Origin: an uncultured Rhodobacteraceae bacterium
GTDB lineage: Bacteria; Pseudomonadota; Alphaproteobacteria; Rhodobacterales; Rhodobacteraceae
Assembly (NCBI GenBank): GCA_947493145.1
Contig: CANLPZ010000002.1
Location: 331,364-395,363 of the forward strand
Length of the DNA: 64,000 nt
Direction: 5' to 3'
This document shows, piece after piece, positions 36,934 through 46,527 of this stretch. How positions within the stretch are numbered: position 1 is the first letter of the stretch; every line of letters starts with the position of its first letter. The notes under the pieces are model-generated. The model did no database searches, had not been told where the DNA came from, and worked only from the letters and a program-made list of their open reading frames with translations. A program made the translations under genes and the position numbers.

Positions 36934-38496
36934 ATGAAAACCAAAACGTTACTATTGGGTGCAATTGCTTCGGCAAGCCTGATGTTTGGAGGTGCAGCAA
37001 CGCCTGTATCTGCTGAGAAGATCACATCAGAGCCGCTAGAACTCGATATCTTTTTCCACTTCCGCGATAAATACGGTTGGGATTCCAACTGGCCTGTTGC
37101 ACAGGAAGTTGCAAAGCAAACAGGTATCTCTTTGAATGGTCTTGCACCAACATCTGCGGGTAACAGCCGTGAACTGTTCAACCTAATGATCGCATCTGGT
37201 GATATTCCTGACATCGTTGGCGGTGAATTCCGTGGCGCAGGTATGAAAGAAGCGTTCGACCAATACGGTATGGAAGGTGCATTCCAACCGCTGAACGATC
37301 TGATCGCAGAACATGCGCCAGAAATTCAGAAAATGTTGGATGAAAACCCAATCGTTAAATCCGCGATTTCTGCACCAGACGGTAACATCTACTACATTCC
37401 ATATATGCCGGATGGTGATGTTGCGCGTATTTGGTATGTTCGTCAGGACTGGCTCGACAAGCTTGGCCTAGAGCAGCCTAAAACAGTCGATGAACTATAC
37501 GACGTTTTGGTTGCGTTCCGTGATCAGGATCCGAACGGGAACGGCGAAGCAGATGAAATCCCATTCTTCGCACGTCACACAGAAGAAGCTCTGCGTCTTG
37601 TGACCCTTTGGGGCGCGCGTTCAACGGGTTCTGATACCTACCACCAGTTCTACATCGACAACGGGACAGTGGCGCACCCATATGCGCATGAAAACTTCCG
37701 TACCGGTATTACGAATGTTGCAAAATGGTATGCTGAAGGCCTGATCGACAAAGAAATCTTTACCCGTAAATCTCGTGCACGTGACGAATTGCTGGGTGGA
37801 AACACTGGTGGTGTGACCCATGACTGGGTGGCGTCGACAGCCGGTTACAACACCAAGCTGAAAGACCAAATCGAAGGTTTCTCATTCATGCCAATGGCAC
37901 CGCCCGCGGACGTCAATGGTAAGGTCTGGGAAGAGCACGGCCGTATCGCGGTTAAGCCAACAGGTTGGGGTATTGGGTATTCCAACGAACACCCAGTAGA
38001 GACGATCAAACTGTTCAACTACTATTTCACTGAAGAAGGTCGTCGTACTGCGAACTTCGGCGTTGAAGGTCTGACATATGACATGATCGACGGTAAGCCG
38101 CAGTTTAAAGACTCTGTCTTGAACGGTGACGGTTCGGTTGTTGGACAAATGTGGGAAATTGGCGCTCAGATTCCAGTTGGTTTCCAGCAGGACTATGAAT
38201 ACGAACGCCAGTGGACCAATGAGATCGCCTTGAAAGGCATCGAAATGTACTCCGAAGGCGGCTATGTCGTCGATCAATTCCTTGGCTTTGCGATGAATAC
38301 AGAAGAGAAAGCGGTGTACGATAAGTACTGGCCAAACCTTCTTTCCTTCATGCAGGAAAGCTACGAGAAATGGATCTTGGGTGCGACAGACGTGAATGCG
38401 GATTGGGATGATTATCAAGCCCAGCTAGAACGTCTTGGTTACGCTGAAGTTCAAGCTGCTCTACAAAGCGCTTACGAACGTCAGTACGGCAACTAA
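36934..38496 (+). CDS. large extracellular solute-binding protein (LplA-like)
   Basis: 520 aa. Signal peptide MKTKTLLLGAIASASLMFGGAATPVSA with no lipobox Cys. Size and sequence resemble the ~500-aa binding proteins paired with LplBC permeases. Confidence 0.8.
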   Translation: MKTKTLLLGAIASASLMFGGAATPVSAEKITSEPLELDIFFHFRDKYGWDSNWPVAQEVAKQTGISLNGLAPTSAGNSRELFNLMIASGDIPDIVGGEFRGAGMKEAFDQYGMEGAFQPLNDLIAEHAPEIQKMLDENPIVKSAISAPDGNIYYIPYMPDGDVARIWYVRQDWLDKLGLEQPKTVDELYDVLVAFRDQDPNGNGEADEIPFFARHTEEALRLVTLWGARSTGSDTYHQFYIDNGTVAHPYAHENFRTGITNVAKWYAEGLIDKEIFTRKSRARDELLGGNTGGVTHDWVASTAGYNTKLKDQIEGFSFMPMAPPADVNGKVWEEHGRIAVKPTGWGIGYSNEHPVETIKLFNYYFTEEGRRTANFGVEGLTYDMIDGKPQFKDSVLNGDGSVVGQMWEIGAQIPVGFQQDYEYERQWTNEIALKGIEMYSEGGYVVDQFLGFAMNTEEKAVYDKYWPNLLSFMQESYEKWILGATDVNADWDDYQAQLERLGYAEVQAALQSAYERQYGN

Positions 38497-38511
38497 GCTT
38501 TAATAAAGATG

Positions 38512-38536
38512 CAGCGGGCGCAAATTGTGCCCGCTG
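38512..38536 (+). terminator. stem-loop after the binding-protein gene (weak terminator or attenuator)
   Basis: CAGCGGGC-N9-GCCCGCTG followed by TGTTATGCATTTTT. It lies inside the ORF-track 5' extension of the next gene, which supports ATG 38567 as that gene's true start. Confidence 0.4.
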
Positions 38537-38566
38537 TGTTATGCATTTTTGAATTTAGAGGCAATT

Positions 38567-40885
38567 ATGGTCCGGTCAGACACACTTGAAAAAAATGTTA
38601 CAGCGCGCCCATTGCTTCAACCCGAGGAAAATCCACTAACGATTTCCTATAGCCCAAGTGGTGGCGAAATTTGCGCAGAAAACCCGCCTCGTCTTCAATG
38701 GATTGCGCCTCAGGTGGGGGCTCATCGATATGACGTGGAAATTAAAAGTGTTGAGATAGACGGCGCAGACGCACAGCCCTTCTCACAGATTTACAAAGGG
38801 ATCAAATTCCCGTTCTTTACGCCCAACGAGCCTCTTGAATCAGGGCGGTATGAATGGCGTTATCGCACCGAAAATTCGGATAAAGCTGCAAGTGAATGGA
38901 GCGTGGTTCGACAGTTCGGGGTAAAGGCATCGTCGGTGCGTTCTCCGTCTCATTTTGATTTGGATAAAGTTCTGGCGTCTCGGCCGCGTTTGGCGATTTT
39001 GCCAAGCAGTCAAAACAACGGGTCGCATTCACTGGATTCTCATTCAGAGTGGACCACGTTTCTGAACGACAGTGTCACGAATTGGACAAAAACGGACATA
39101 CGCGAAGAACCTGCGTTTTACCCAGACAATATACGTACGGCCGCGTTGTGGCGGAAATCTTATATTGCTTGCCAAGAAATGTTTTACGCGATCCGCAATT
39201 TGTCGATTGCTGGTGTCCTGCAACAGGATGACGAATTGTTGGCGCAAGCCAAAGCGTGGCTGTTATCATTGGCACGGTGGGATGTGGATGGGGCAACCTC
39301 GCATTCTTACAACGATGAATCGGCCTTTCGTTGTGCAACTGCACTCGCGTGGGGGTATGATTGGCTTTTTGATAGCCTTTCAGAAACTGAACGCGCCGAA
39401 GTACGGCTTTCCTTGTTGATACGTGGCCGTCAAATTGCCACCCACGTCATTCAGGCATCACGTATTGATACCTTTCCTTTTGACAGCCATGCGGTGCGCG
39501 CGGTTTCTGCGGTTTTGGTTCCTGTTGGGCTCGCCCTGGCTGGCGAAGAAAAAGAAGCAGACCATTGGTTGGAATTCGCCGTTGGGTATCTGATGGGACC
39601 GTTCAGTGCGTGGGGCGATTCCGAAGGCGGTTGGGCCGAAGGTATCCATTATTGGACAACCGCTATGTGCTATGCACTCGAAGCGGTCACGATCCTTAAA
39701 AACGTATCTGGTATGGACCTGTACCAACGTCCGTTTTTCCAAAAAACGGGCCAGTTCCCGATGTACTGTCGACCCGCTTGGACCAAGCGCGCGACATTTG
39801 GTGACGATTCCACATTGGGCGATGCGCCAAGCCCGAAAATTGCGCGCAATATGCGTCTTTTGGCTTTGGCGACGAAATCCCCTGAACTGTTGGGCTATGC
39901 TACACAAATCGAACAATCGTCGACAAGCGACCCCAAAGCTTTTTACAATTACGGTTGGTGGGATTTCGCCTTTGACGACCTATTGGCCGCCTTGAGCTTT
40001 GGAAAATCGACTGGCAAACAGGGCCCGAAAGATCCCACGATTCAGGTTTTCCCTGATGTCGGTTGGGCCTCGATGCAATCGCGGATGGATGATCCAGATC
40101 ATCAAATTCACTGTGTTTTTAAATCAAGCCCATATGGCTCCCTCAGCCACTCGCATGCAGATCAAAATGCGTTTTGCTTATCGGCCTTTGGCGAAGATCT
40201 TTTGGTCCAAAGCGGTTATTATGTGTCGCACAATTCTTCGATGCACCGAAATTGGCGTCGGCAAACCTTGTCCAAGAACGCACTTTTGATCGATGGTCGG
40301 GGCCAATATGCTGGCGATGATAAGTTGTTGGGGCGTAAAGCTTCGGGTGAAGTTCTTGGCCATGGCAACACGTTTGGCCACCAGTGGGTGATCGGCGATG
40401 CGACGGTTGCTTATCAATCACTTAATAAGAATGTTAAACTTGCGCAGCGACACATGCACTTTGTGTTTGGTTCATCAGTGATCATTGTTGATGTTGTCGA
40501 AGCAGATACGCCAGTTCCGATTACTTGGCTTGGCCACACACATGGGGACCTGTCTGTTGGCGATCTGTCTGCAACTGTACATACAGATACTGCCGATCTT
40601 GGGATCGAAGTTATTTATAGCTCCGCAGCTGTTACAAATATCGGGATGATCGAAGGTTACGATAATGTCGATAAATCAGATTACGAAGGACTGGAAGTTT
40701 CCCGACGGGTTGAGATTGATCTTGAACCCAAACGACGGCACCTGATGGCAACGATGTTGTCCCCGATTAAAAAGGGTAAGGCGCCGAAGGTGCATTGTTT
40801 TGTTGATGACCAAGGGTTTGGGAAAACTTTGTATTGTCTTTACGAAGACAACGAGCCGGTCAGAATCCCGCTTAAATCTTTCTAA
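38567..40885 (+). CDS. heparinase II/III-like polysaccharide lyase family protein, no signal peptide (candidate cytoplasmic oligo-uronide lyase)
   Basis: 772 aa from ATG 38567. The C-terminal block GSLSHSHADQNAFCLSAFGEDLLVQSGYY...NWRRQTLSKNALLIDGRGQ matches the heparinase II/III domain signature (HxHxDQ ... R ... HNT/NA-hydrophobic-DG..Q). The N-terminal region resembles DUF4962/alginate-lyase-like toroid proteins. The N-terminus is polar. Confidence 0.7.
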   Translation: MVRSDTLEKNVTARPLLQPEENPLTISYSPSGGEICAENPPRLQWIAPQVGAHRYDVEIKSVEIDGADAQPFSQIYKGIKFPFFTPNEPLESGRYEWRYRTENSDKAASEWSVVRQFGVKASSVRSPSHFDLDKVLASRPRLAILPSSQNNGSHSLDSHSEWTTFLNDSVTNWTKTDIREEPAFYPDNIRTAALWRKSYIACQEMFYAIRNLSIAGVLQQDDELLAQAKAWLLSLARWDVDGATSHSYNDESAFRCATALAWGYDWLFDSLSETERAEVRLSLLIRGRQIATHVIQASRIDTFPFDSHAVRAVSAVLVPVGLALAGEEKEADHWLEFAVGYLMGPFSAWGDSEGGWAEGIHYWTTAMCYALEAVTILKNVSGMDLYQRPFFQKTGQFPMYCRPAWTKRATFGDDSTLGDAPSPKIARNMRLLALATKSPELLGYATQIEQSSTSDPKAFYNYGWWDFAFDDLLAALSFGKSTGKQGPKDPTIQVFPDVGWASMQSRMDDPDHQIHCVFKSSPYGSLSHSHADQNAFCLSAFGEDLLVQSGYYVSHNSSMHRNWRRQTLSKNALLIDGRGQYAGDDKLLGRKASGEVLGHGNTFGHQWVIGDATVAYQSLNKNVKLAQRHMHFVFGSSVIIVDVVEADTPVPITWLGHTHGDLSVGDLSATVHTDTADLGIEVIYSSAAVTNIGMIEGYDNVDKSDYEGLEVSRRVEIDLEPKRRHLMATMLSPIKKGKAPKVHCFVDDQGFGKTLYCLYEDNEPVRIPLKSF

Positions 40886-40908
40886 GAAATGACAAGATCG
40901 TAGATATG

Positions 40909-40937
40909 AAAAGGGGCGCTTTAAAGCGCCCCTCTTT
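40909..40937. terminator. bidirectional intrinsic terminator between the convergent lyase and rhaI genes
   Basis: GAAAA-GGGGCGC-TTTAAA-GCGCCCC-TCTTT. The stem is 40913-40919 / 40926-40932. Confidence 0.65.
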
Positions 40938-40964
40938 GATTGTTGGATTGTTGGATTTGCCAGA

Positions 40965-42239
40965 TTAGACGATACCACCGCCTGCGCCGCTGGACACAGG
41001 GCGTGCATCAGAAACCTTTGCTCTGTACCCAGAAGCACGGTAGGCACCAATTGGATCGATGGCGCTGCCGGACAGGCTGCGGGCTTTTGCAAGGATTGCA
41101 TCCACATCAGTACGGAACGCATTTCGCAATGTCGCTGAAGCCATCAACGCGTCATTGTCGGCCTGATAGCCAGCCAAGGCTTCGCGATCCACCAAAGCGG
41201 CTTGAATGTAGGCGCGCTGGATTTCAATACAAGACACCATCAGGCTTTCGATTGGATCAGTCACGTTATGGGATTGATCAATCATATGGGACAGATCAAG
41301 ACCCGGCGTGTCCTCTGCATCCACCAATTCATTCCAAACCAAGAACAAGCGGTATGGGTCAATGGTGCCACTGTCCAAATCGTCATCGCCGTATTTGCTG
41401 TCGTTGAAATGGAAGCCACCCAATTTTCCAGCATGGATGAGGCGCGACACAATCATTTCGATGTTCACGTTTGGCGCGTGGTGGCCCAGATCGACCAGAC
41501 ATTTCGCTTTTTCACCTAATTCCTGAGCGGTCAAAAGTGATGTGCCCCAGTCCTGAACGACAGTGGAATAGAACGCAGGTTCATAGATTTTGTGTTCAGA
41601 GAAAATCTGCCAATCATTGGGAAGACCTGCATAGATGTCTTTCATTGACGACAGATAGCGTTCAAACTGACGACCCATGTGGGTTTGGCCAGGAAAGTTA
41701 GCACCATCACCAATCCAAACAGTTAGCGCCTTGGACCCGATCTTATCGCCCAATTCGATGCATTCCAGATTATGCTCAACCGCTTGGGCGCGTGTGGCCT
41801 GATCGGTATGAGTCAACGACCCGAATTTATAGGAATGCGCTTGATCTGCCTGATCCTGAAACGTGTTCGAATTTACCGCATCAAATGTCAAACCGTGCTC
41901 GTCGGCTTTGGCGCGCAGATCAGCAGGGTCCGTCTGGTCCCATGGAAAATGCAGTGACACAGAAGGGGCAGCATCGGTCAAGGCGTGGATGACACCGCAA
42001 TCATCAAGTTTGTCAAAGATATTTGCAGGCTCTCCGCCACCTGGGAAACGCGCGAACCGTGTTCCCCCCGTGCCAGTGCCCCAAGATGGCACAGCGACAC
42101 CAAAATCTTGGGCACGCTTGACCAAAGCATCAATGCTCACGCCGCGACGATCGAGTTTTTCTGCTAGGTTTGCAAAGTCGATGTCCAAGCCATCTTGGTG
42201 TTTAGCGTTATCCGCCTCAATTGTAGACTTATCAATCAT
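40965..42239 (-). CDS. rhaI: L-rhamnose isomerase (Rhizobium/Pseudomonas stutzeri type, xylose-isomerase-like TIM barrel)
   Basis: 424 aa. The N-terminal region ...VAVPSWGTGTGGTRFARFPGGGEP... is typical of this isomerase class. Immediately downstream of rhaD, with SD GGGAGGAG. Confidence 0.85.
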   Translation of the reverse strand: MIDKSTIEADNAKHQDGLDIDFANLAEKLDRRGVSIDALVKRAQDFGVAVPSWGTGTGGTRFARFPGGGEPANIFDKLDDCGVIHALTDAAPSVSLHFPWDQTDPADLRAKADEHGLTFDAVNSNTFQDQADQAHSYKFGSLTHTDQATRAQAVEHNLECIELGDKIGSKALTVWIGDGANFPGQTHMGRQFERYLSSMKDIYAGLPNDWQIFSEHKIYEPAFYSTVVQDWGTSLLTAQELGEKAKCLVDLGHHAPNVNIEMIVSRLIHAGKLGGFHFNDSKYGDDDLDSGTIDPYRLFLVWNELVDAEDTPGLDLSHMIDQSHNVTDPIESLMVSCIEIQRAYIQAALVDREALAGYQADNDALMASATLRNAFRTDVDAILAKARSLSGSAIDPIGAYRASGYRAKVSDARPVSSGAGGGIV

Positions 42240-42294
42240 GGAATTCTCCTCCCAAGGAGTTGCTGCGCCGCTCGATTAAAGCGGCGCAGTTATC

Positions 42295-44391
42295 TTAGCG
42301 TGTAAAGGCTTGAACGTTGCCGGCATCAACATTGACGATATTGCCAGTTGATTTCGCGGATTGATCCGAGGCAAAGAAATAAGCGGCTTCGGCGATGTCC
42401 TCAGGAAGAACAGAAAGCTTCAGCATCGAACGATTGCGATACATTTCTTCCAGTCCATCTTTGTCGGTACCATAGGTGCCTGCGCGTTGGTCCAACCAAT
42501 CGCCTTCCCAGATTTTCGAACCGCGCAAAACGGCGTCTGGGTTAACCACGTTTACACGAATGCCTGCTTCTGCACCTTCAAGGGCCAAACAGCGAGCCAA
42601 GTGAATTTCAGAAGCTTTCGCGGTGCAATAGGCTGATGCATTCGGAGACGCCGCAAGACCGTTTTTGGACGCAACGAAGACAATAGAACCACCCATATCT
42701 TGGGTGCGCATCATTTTGAAGGCTTCGCGAGATACAAGGAAATAGCCTGTGGACAGGATATCCATGTTCAAGTTCCAAAGTTTCAGCGTCGTTTCTTCGA
42801 CGGGTGCAGAAGATGCGATACCTGCGTTGGAAACCAAAATGTCGACGCCACCAAATTCAACTGCTGTGTAAGCAAATGCTTCGGCGACCGCATCTTCGCT
42901 TGTCACATCCATGATTACCTTACGCACGACATCGGCACCAAAACGGCTAGACAGATTTTCGTAAGTGGCATCAAGGTTTTCAGGGTTGATGTCTGCCAGC
43001 ATGACGCATGCGCCTTCGGACAGATAACGTTCAGCGGTTGCAGACCCAATGCCGCCTGCGCCACCCGTGACCAAGGCCACGTGACCGGCCAATGATTTTG
43101 GTTTTGGCATACGCTGTAATTTAGCTTCTTCAAGCAGCCAGTATTCGATGTCGAACGCTTCTTGTTCTGGCAGGCCACAATATTCAGATACGGCGTCAGC
43201 GCCACGCATCACATTGATCGCGTTCACATAAAACTCGCCAGAAATCCGAGCCGTCGCGCGATCCTTGGCAAAGGTAATCATACCAACACCTGGGATCAGA
43301 TAAACAACGGCGTTTGGATCACGAAGGGCAGGGCTGTCGTCGTGTTTGCAGCGGTCATAATAGGCTGCATAGCCTTCACGATACGTCGCAATCTGTGCTT
43401 CCAAACCTTCCAGAACAGCATCAATATTGTTCTTTGCCGGATCAAAATTCACGACCAATGGGCAAATCTTTGTGCGAAGGAAGTGGTCAGGACATGAGGT
43501 GCCCAAGGCAGCAAGTGCAGGCATGTCTTTGCTGTTCACAAACTCAAGCACAGTATCTGTATCAACAAAGTTGCCGACCATGTTTTGCTGGCCAGAAACA
43601 AAACCACGAATCGCTGGCATCAACTTCGCGGCAACACCGCGACGTGCATCAGCGTCCATGCTGTTGTGCACGGCACCACCAAAGGCTGGAACATCTGCTG
43701 TGCGTTCTTCGAAGAAAGCGATCGCTTTGTTGATGATCTCAAGCGTCAGTTCATAACATTCATGTGCGTCATCAGCCCAGGTAAACAGACCATGTGATTC
43801 GAGCACAACACCCTTTGCATCTGGGTTATCGAGGCAGAATTTTTCCAACCACAGACCCAATTCGTACCCCGGTTTTTTCCAAGGCAGCCAACCGATATCG
43901 TCGCCAAAGATCTCTTGGGTCATTGCCTTGCTGTCCTTGGACGCAGCAATTGCGATGATCGCATCTGGGTGCATGTGATCAACATGCGCCTTTGGGACAT
44001 ACGCATGCAAAGGCGTATCAATAGACGCCGCACGAGGGTTCAAGTTGAACGTACAATGCGGCAGAAAACCCACCATTTCGTCTTCGAATTCTACGCCGCG
44101 GTATTTTCCCTTCAGGGCCCGTAGCTTATCCATATACAATGTGGAAAAGCCGTCCATTTTGATGGATCCAACGTCGCCGCCTGACCCTTTAACCCAAAGA
44201 ACTTCGACCTGTTCTCCTGACAATGGATCAGTTTCCAACGCCTTTGCAGATGTGTTTCCGCCACCATAATTGGTTACGCGTTTGTCAGATCCAAGTAGGT
44301 TGGAGCGATACAAAAGCTTTTCTGATTCGCTCATATTAGCCGCCTTGTCATGATCCCATAGGGATTGCAGGCGGGTTTGGTCGGTTGTCAT
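42295..44391 (-). CDS. rhaD: bifunctional rhamnulose-1-phosphate aldolase / short-chain (lactaldehyde) dehydrogenase
   Basis: Start moved to ATG 44391, after GGGAGGAGAT. N-terminal class-II aldolase/adducin-like domain plus a C-terminal SDR (VTGGAGGIGSA, YCTAKASE). Length ~698 aa, as in rhizobial RhaD. Confidence 0.85.
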   Translation of the reverse strand: MTTDQTRLQSLWDHDKAANMSESEKLLYRSNLLGSDKRVTNYGGGNTSAKALETDPLSGEQVEVLWVKGSGGDVGSIKMDGFSTLYMDKLRALKGKYRGVEFEDEMVGFLPHCTFNLNPRAASIDTPLHAYVPKAHVDHMHPDAIIAIAASKDSKAMTQEIFGDDIGWLPWKKPGYELGLWLEKFCLDNPDAKGVVLESHGLFTWADDAHECYELTLEIINKAIAFFEERTADVPAFGGAVHNSMDADARRGVAAKLMPAIRGFVSGQQNMVGNFVDTDTVLEFVNSKDMPALAALGTSCPDHFLRTKICPLVVNFDPAKNNIDAVLEGLEAQIATYREGYAAYYDRCKHDDSPALRDPNAVVYLIPGVGMITFAKDRATARISGEFYVNAINVMRGADAVSEYCGLPEQEAFDIEYWLLEEAKLQRMPKPKSLAGHVALVTGGAGGIGSATAERYLSEGACVMLADINPENLDATYENLSSRFGADVVRKVIMDVTSEDAVAEAFAYTAVEFGGVDILVSNAGIASSAPVEETTLKLWNLNMDILSTGYFLVSREAFKMMRTQDMGGSIVFVASKNGLAASPNASAYCTAKASEIHLARCLALEGAEAGIRVNVVNPDAVLRGSKIWEGDWLDQRAGTYGTDKDGLEEMYRNRSMLKLSVLPEDIAEAAYFFASDQSAKSTGNIVNVDAGNVQAFTR

Positions 44392-44460
44392 TGTGATCTC
44401 CTCCCGATCAACGGATATTGTAGTCAAATTCGGCCATAGATTGCGCATGGTGCGTCCGAT

Positions 44461-44534
44461 TGTCAATCACAAACGATCACAAATGATCATCTGTGGTCCG
44501 AGTTTGATAAAAAATGACAAATAATGATTGACAG
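44461..44534. promoter_or_regulatory. rhaD/rhaR divergent control region: inverted 9-mers carrying TTGACA boxes plus tandem ATCACAAA repeats
   Basis: TGTCAATCA (44461-44469) and its exact reverse complement TGATTGACA (44526-44534). ATCACAAA occurs at 44466 and 44476 (10-bp phase), followed by TGATCAT. Confidence 0.35.
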
Positions 44535-44578
44535 TGATCGATTCTTTGCGGCATCGTTACGGTCAACGGGAGGAAACT

Positions 44579-45382
44579 ATGCATGAAAAGGAACGTCAGA
44601 GAGTTATTCTGTCTGCAGTTCAGGAGCGTCCAGTTGTGACGGTGCCAGAGCTGTGCAGTTTGACGGGCGCTTCTGAAGCAACAATTCGTCGTGATATTTC
44701 AGGGCTTCACGCTGAAAATAAACTGCGCCGAGTGCGGGGCGGTGCCGAAGCATTGCACCCAAATCAATTCCCAAGCCTCGTTGGACGGCCTTTTTCCGTG
44801 AACGAAGCAATCAACAGTGATCAAAAGCAGGCCATCGCCCGCGCAGCCGTTGAGTTGTGCGAAGAAGGCGAGCCAATCATCATTAATGGCGGAACGACCA
44901 CCTTTCAGATGGTGCACCCGCTTGCCACACGGCGGTGCCAAGTTTTCACGAACTCGTTCCCGATCGCTGAACATTTGATGAAGCACTCTAAGAACACCGT
45001 TTTGGTGTCCGGAGGAGTGCTGTATCGCGAACAAAATATCATTCTCTCGCCGTTTGAGAATGATGTGACACGTAACTTTTATGCGCGCCGTATGTTTCTG
45101 GGCGCGCAAGGCGTTGGGCCGCTTGGAGTGATGGAGGCTGATCCTCTGATCATTCAAGCTGAACAAAAATTAATTGGGCAAGCCGATGAAGTAGTGCTGC
45201 TGGTCGATTCAGGGAAATTTGAATCGCGTTCCAGCCTCGTTCTTTGCCCACTGAAAGATATCGATGTTCTGATCACCGATGAGGGGATCAGCGACCGCCA
45301 TGCAGCAATGCTTGAGGCCGCAGACATCAAACTAATCGTCGCACCAACAACTGGTGTCTCGAAGGAGGAAGCGGCCGTCTGA
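44579..45382 (+). CDS. rhaR: DeoR family transcriptional regulator of the rhamnose locus
   Basis: Start moved to ATG 44579, after GGGAGGAAA. DeoR HTH (VTVPELCSLTGASEATIRRDISGL) plus a sugar-phosphate-binding C-terminal domain. Position is as in the rhizobial rha locus. Confidence 0.8.
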   Translation: MHEKERQRVILSAVQERPVVTVPELCSLTGASEATIRRDISGLHAENKLRRVRGGAEALHPNQFPSLVGRPFSVNEAINSDQKQAIARAAVELCEEGEPIIINGGTTTFQMVHPLATRRCQVFTNSFPIAEHLMKHSKNTVLVSGGVLYREQNIILSPFENDVTRNFYARRMFLGAQGVGPLGVMEADPLIIQAEQKLIGQADEVVLLVDSGKFESRSSLVLCPLKDIDVLITDEGISDRHAAMLEAADIKLIVAPTTGVSKEEAAV

Positions 45383-45438
45383 ACCGAAAAAGTAAAGAAC
45401 TGGCCGTAGAATTTTGGGATAAACATGGAGGAAGCCCA

Positions 45439-46428
45439 ATGAAATTAGCTAAATTTATGACATCCGTAGCCGTAGCTGCGGGACTGTTTGCCGGACCTGC
45501 TGCCGCAGAAGACATGCGCATCGCGCTTGTTGTTAAAGCACTGGGTATCGGTTTCTTTGAAGCGGCTGCTGAAGGCGCTAACGAAGCGGCTGAAGAGCTG
45601 GGTGGTGTTGAAATCATCTACACTGGCCCAACAGATACAACTGCTGAAGGTCAAATCGAAGTGATCAACTCATTGATCGCGCAAAACGTTGACGCGATTG
45701 CAGTTTCTTCAAATGACACCGATGCTTTGGTGCCAACATTGAAAAAAGCGATGCAGCGCGGCATCACTGTTGTATCTTGGGATTCCGGTGTTGCGGAAGA
45801 CGGTCGTCAGGCACACCTGAACCCATCTTCTAACGCTTTGATCGGCAACATGATCATCAAACTGGCTGCTGATCATCTGCCAGACGGTGGTGAAGTGGCT
45901 GTTTTGTCAGCGACAACAACATCTACGAACCAGAACATCTGGATCGACGAGATGAACAAAGTCATGGGTGACTACCCAGGTATTGAAGTTGTTTCGACTG
46001 TTTACGGTGATGACCTAGCGGACAAATCTTACCGTGAAGCAACTGGCCTTATGCAGTCTCACCCAGAGCTAGACGCAATCATCGCGCCAACATCTGTTGG
46101 TATCGTTGCTGCGGCACAGGCTGTTGCCGACGCCGGTAAAATCGGTCAGGTCAACGTAACTGGTTTGGGTCTGCCTTCTGAAATGGCGGGCGCGATTGAA
46201 AGCGGTGCATCCAAGTCCTTTGCGATCTGGAACCCAATCGATCTAGGTTACTCTGCAACTATGCTGGCACACCAGTTGGCAACCGAAGCTGCAACAGCAG
46301 AACCAGGTGCAGAAATTTCCATCGGTCGTATGGGCACTATCACGCTGGACGAAACAAACTCTGCTGCGATGGCGGATCCGTTTGTATATGACTCCAGCAA
46401 CATCGATGCGTTCAAAGATATCTTCTAA
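45439..46428 (+). CDS. rhaS: rhamnose ABC transporter substrate-binding protein
   Basis: 329 aa. Signal peptide MKLAKFMTSVAVAAGLFAGPAAA. Type-I PBP. First transporter gene after rhaR. Confidence 0.8.
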   Translation: MKLAKFMTSVAVAAGLFAGPAAAEDMRIALVVKALGIGFFEAAAEGANEAAEELGGVEIIYTGPTDTTAEGQIEVINSLIAQNVDAIAVSSNDTDALVPTLKKAMQRGITVVSWDSGVAEDGRQAHLNPSSNALIGNMIIKLAADHLPDGGEVAVLSATTTSTNQNIWIDEMNKVMGDYPGIEVVSTVYGDDLADKSYREATGLMQSHPELDAIIAPTSVGIVAAAQAVADAGKIGQVNVTGLGLPSEMAGAIESGASKSFAIWNPIDLGYSATMLAHQLATEAATAEPGAEISIGRMGTITLDETNSAAMADPFVYDSSNIDAFKDIF

Positions 46429-46447
46429 GTTATCTTTTAAGTTTCAA

Positions 46448-46478
46448 GGGGCAGCGGCGCGAATTCGCTGCCCCTTTT
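46448..46478 (+). terminator. stem-loop with T-run between rhaS and rhaT
   Basis: GGGGCAGCG-N9-CGCTGCCCC followed by TTTT. Confidence 0.6.
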
Positions 46479-46527
46479 CAATAGAACAAGAACGCCTGTT
46501 TGAGCCTTCTTCTATAGGTATGCGCTA

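Noticed and set aside
33906-40885. Calling the lyase locus an ulvan or alginate utilisation locus outright
   Set aside because: No sulfatase, GH105, rhamnosidase or DEH reductase is present in the window, and the lyase family cannot be assigned without a search. The substrate is therefore left open and listed only as a hypothesis.
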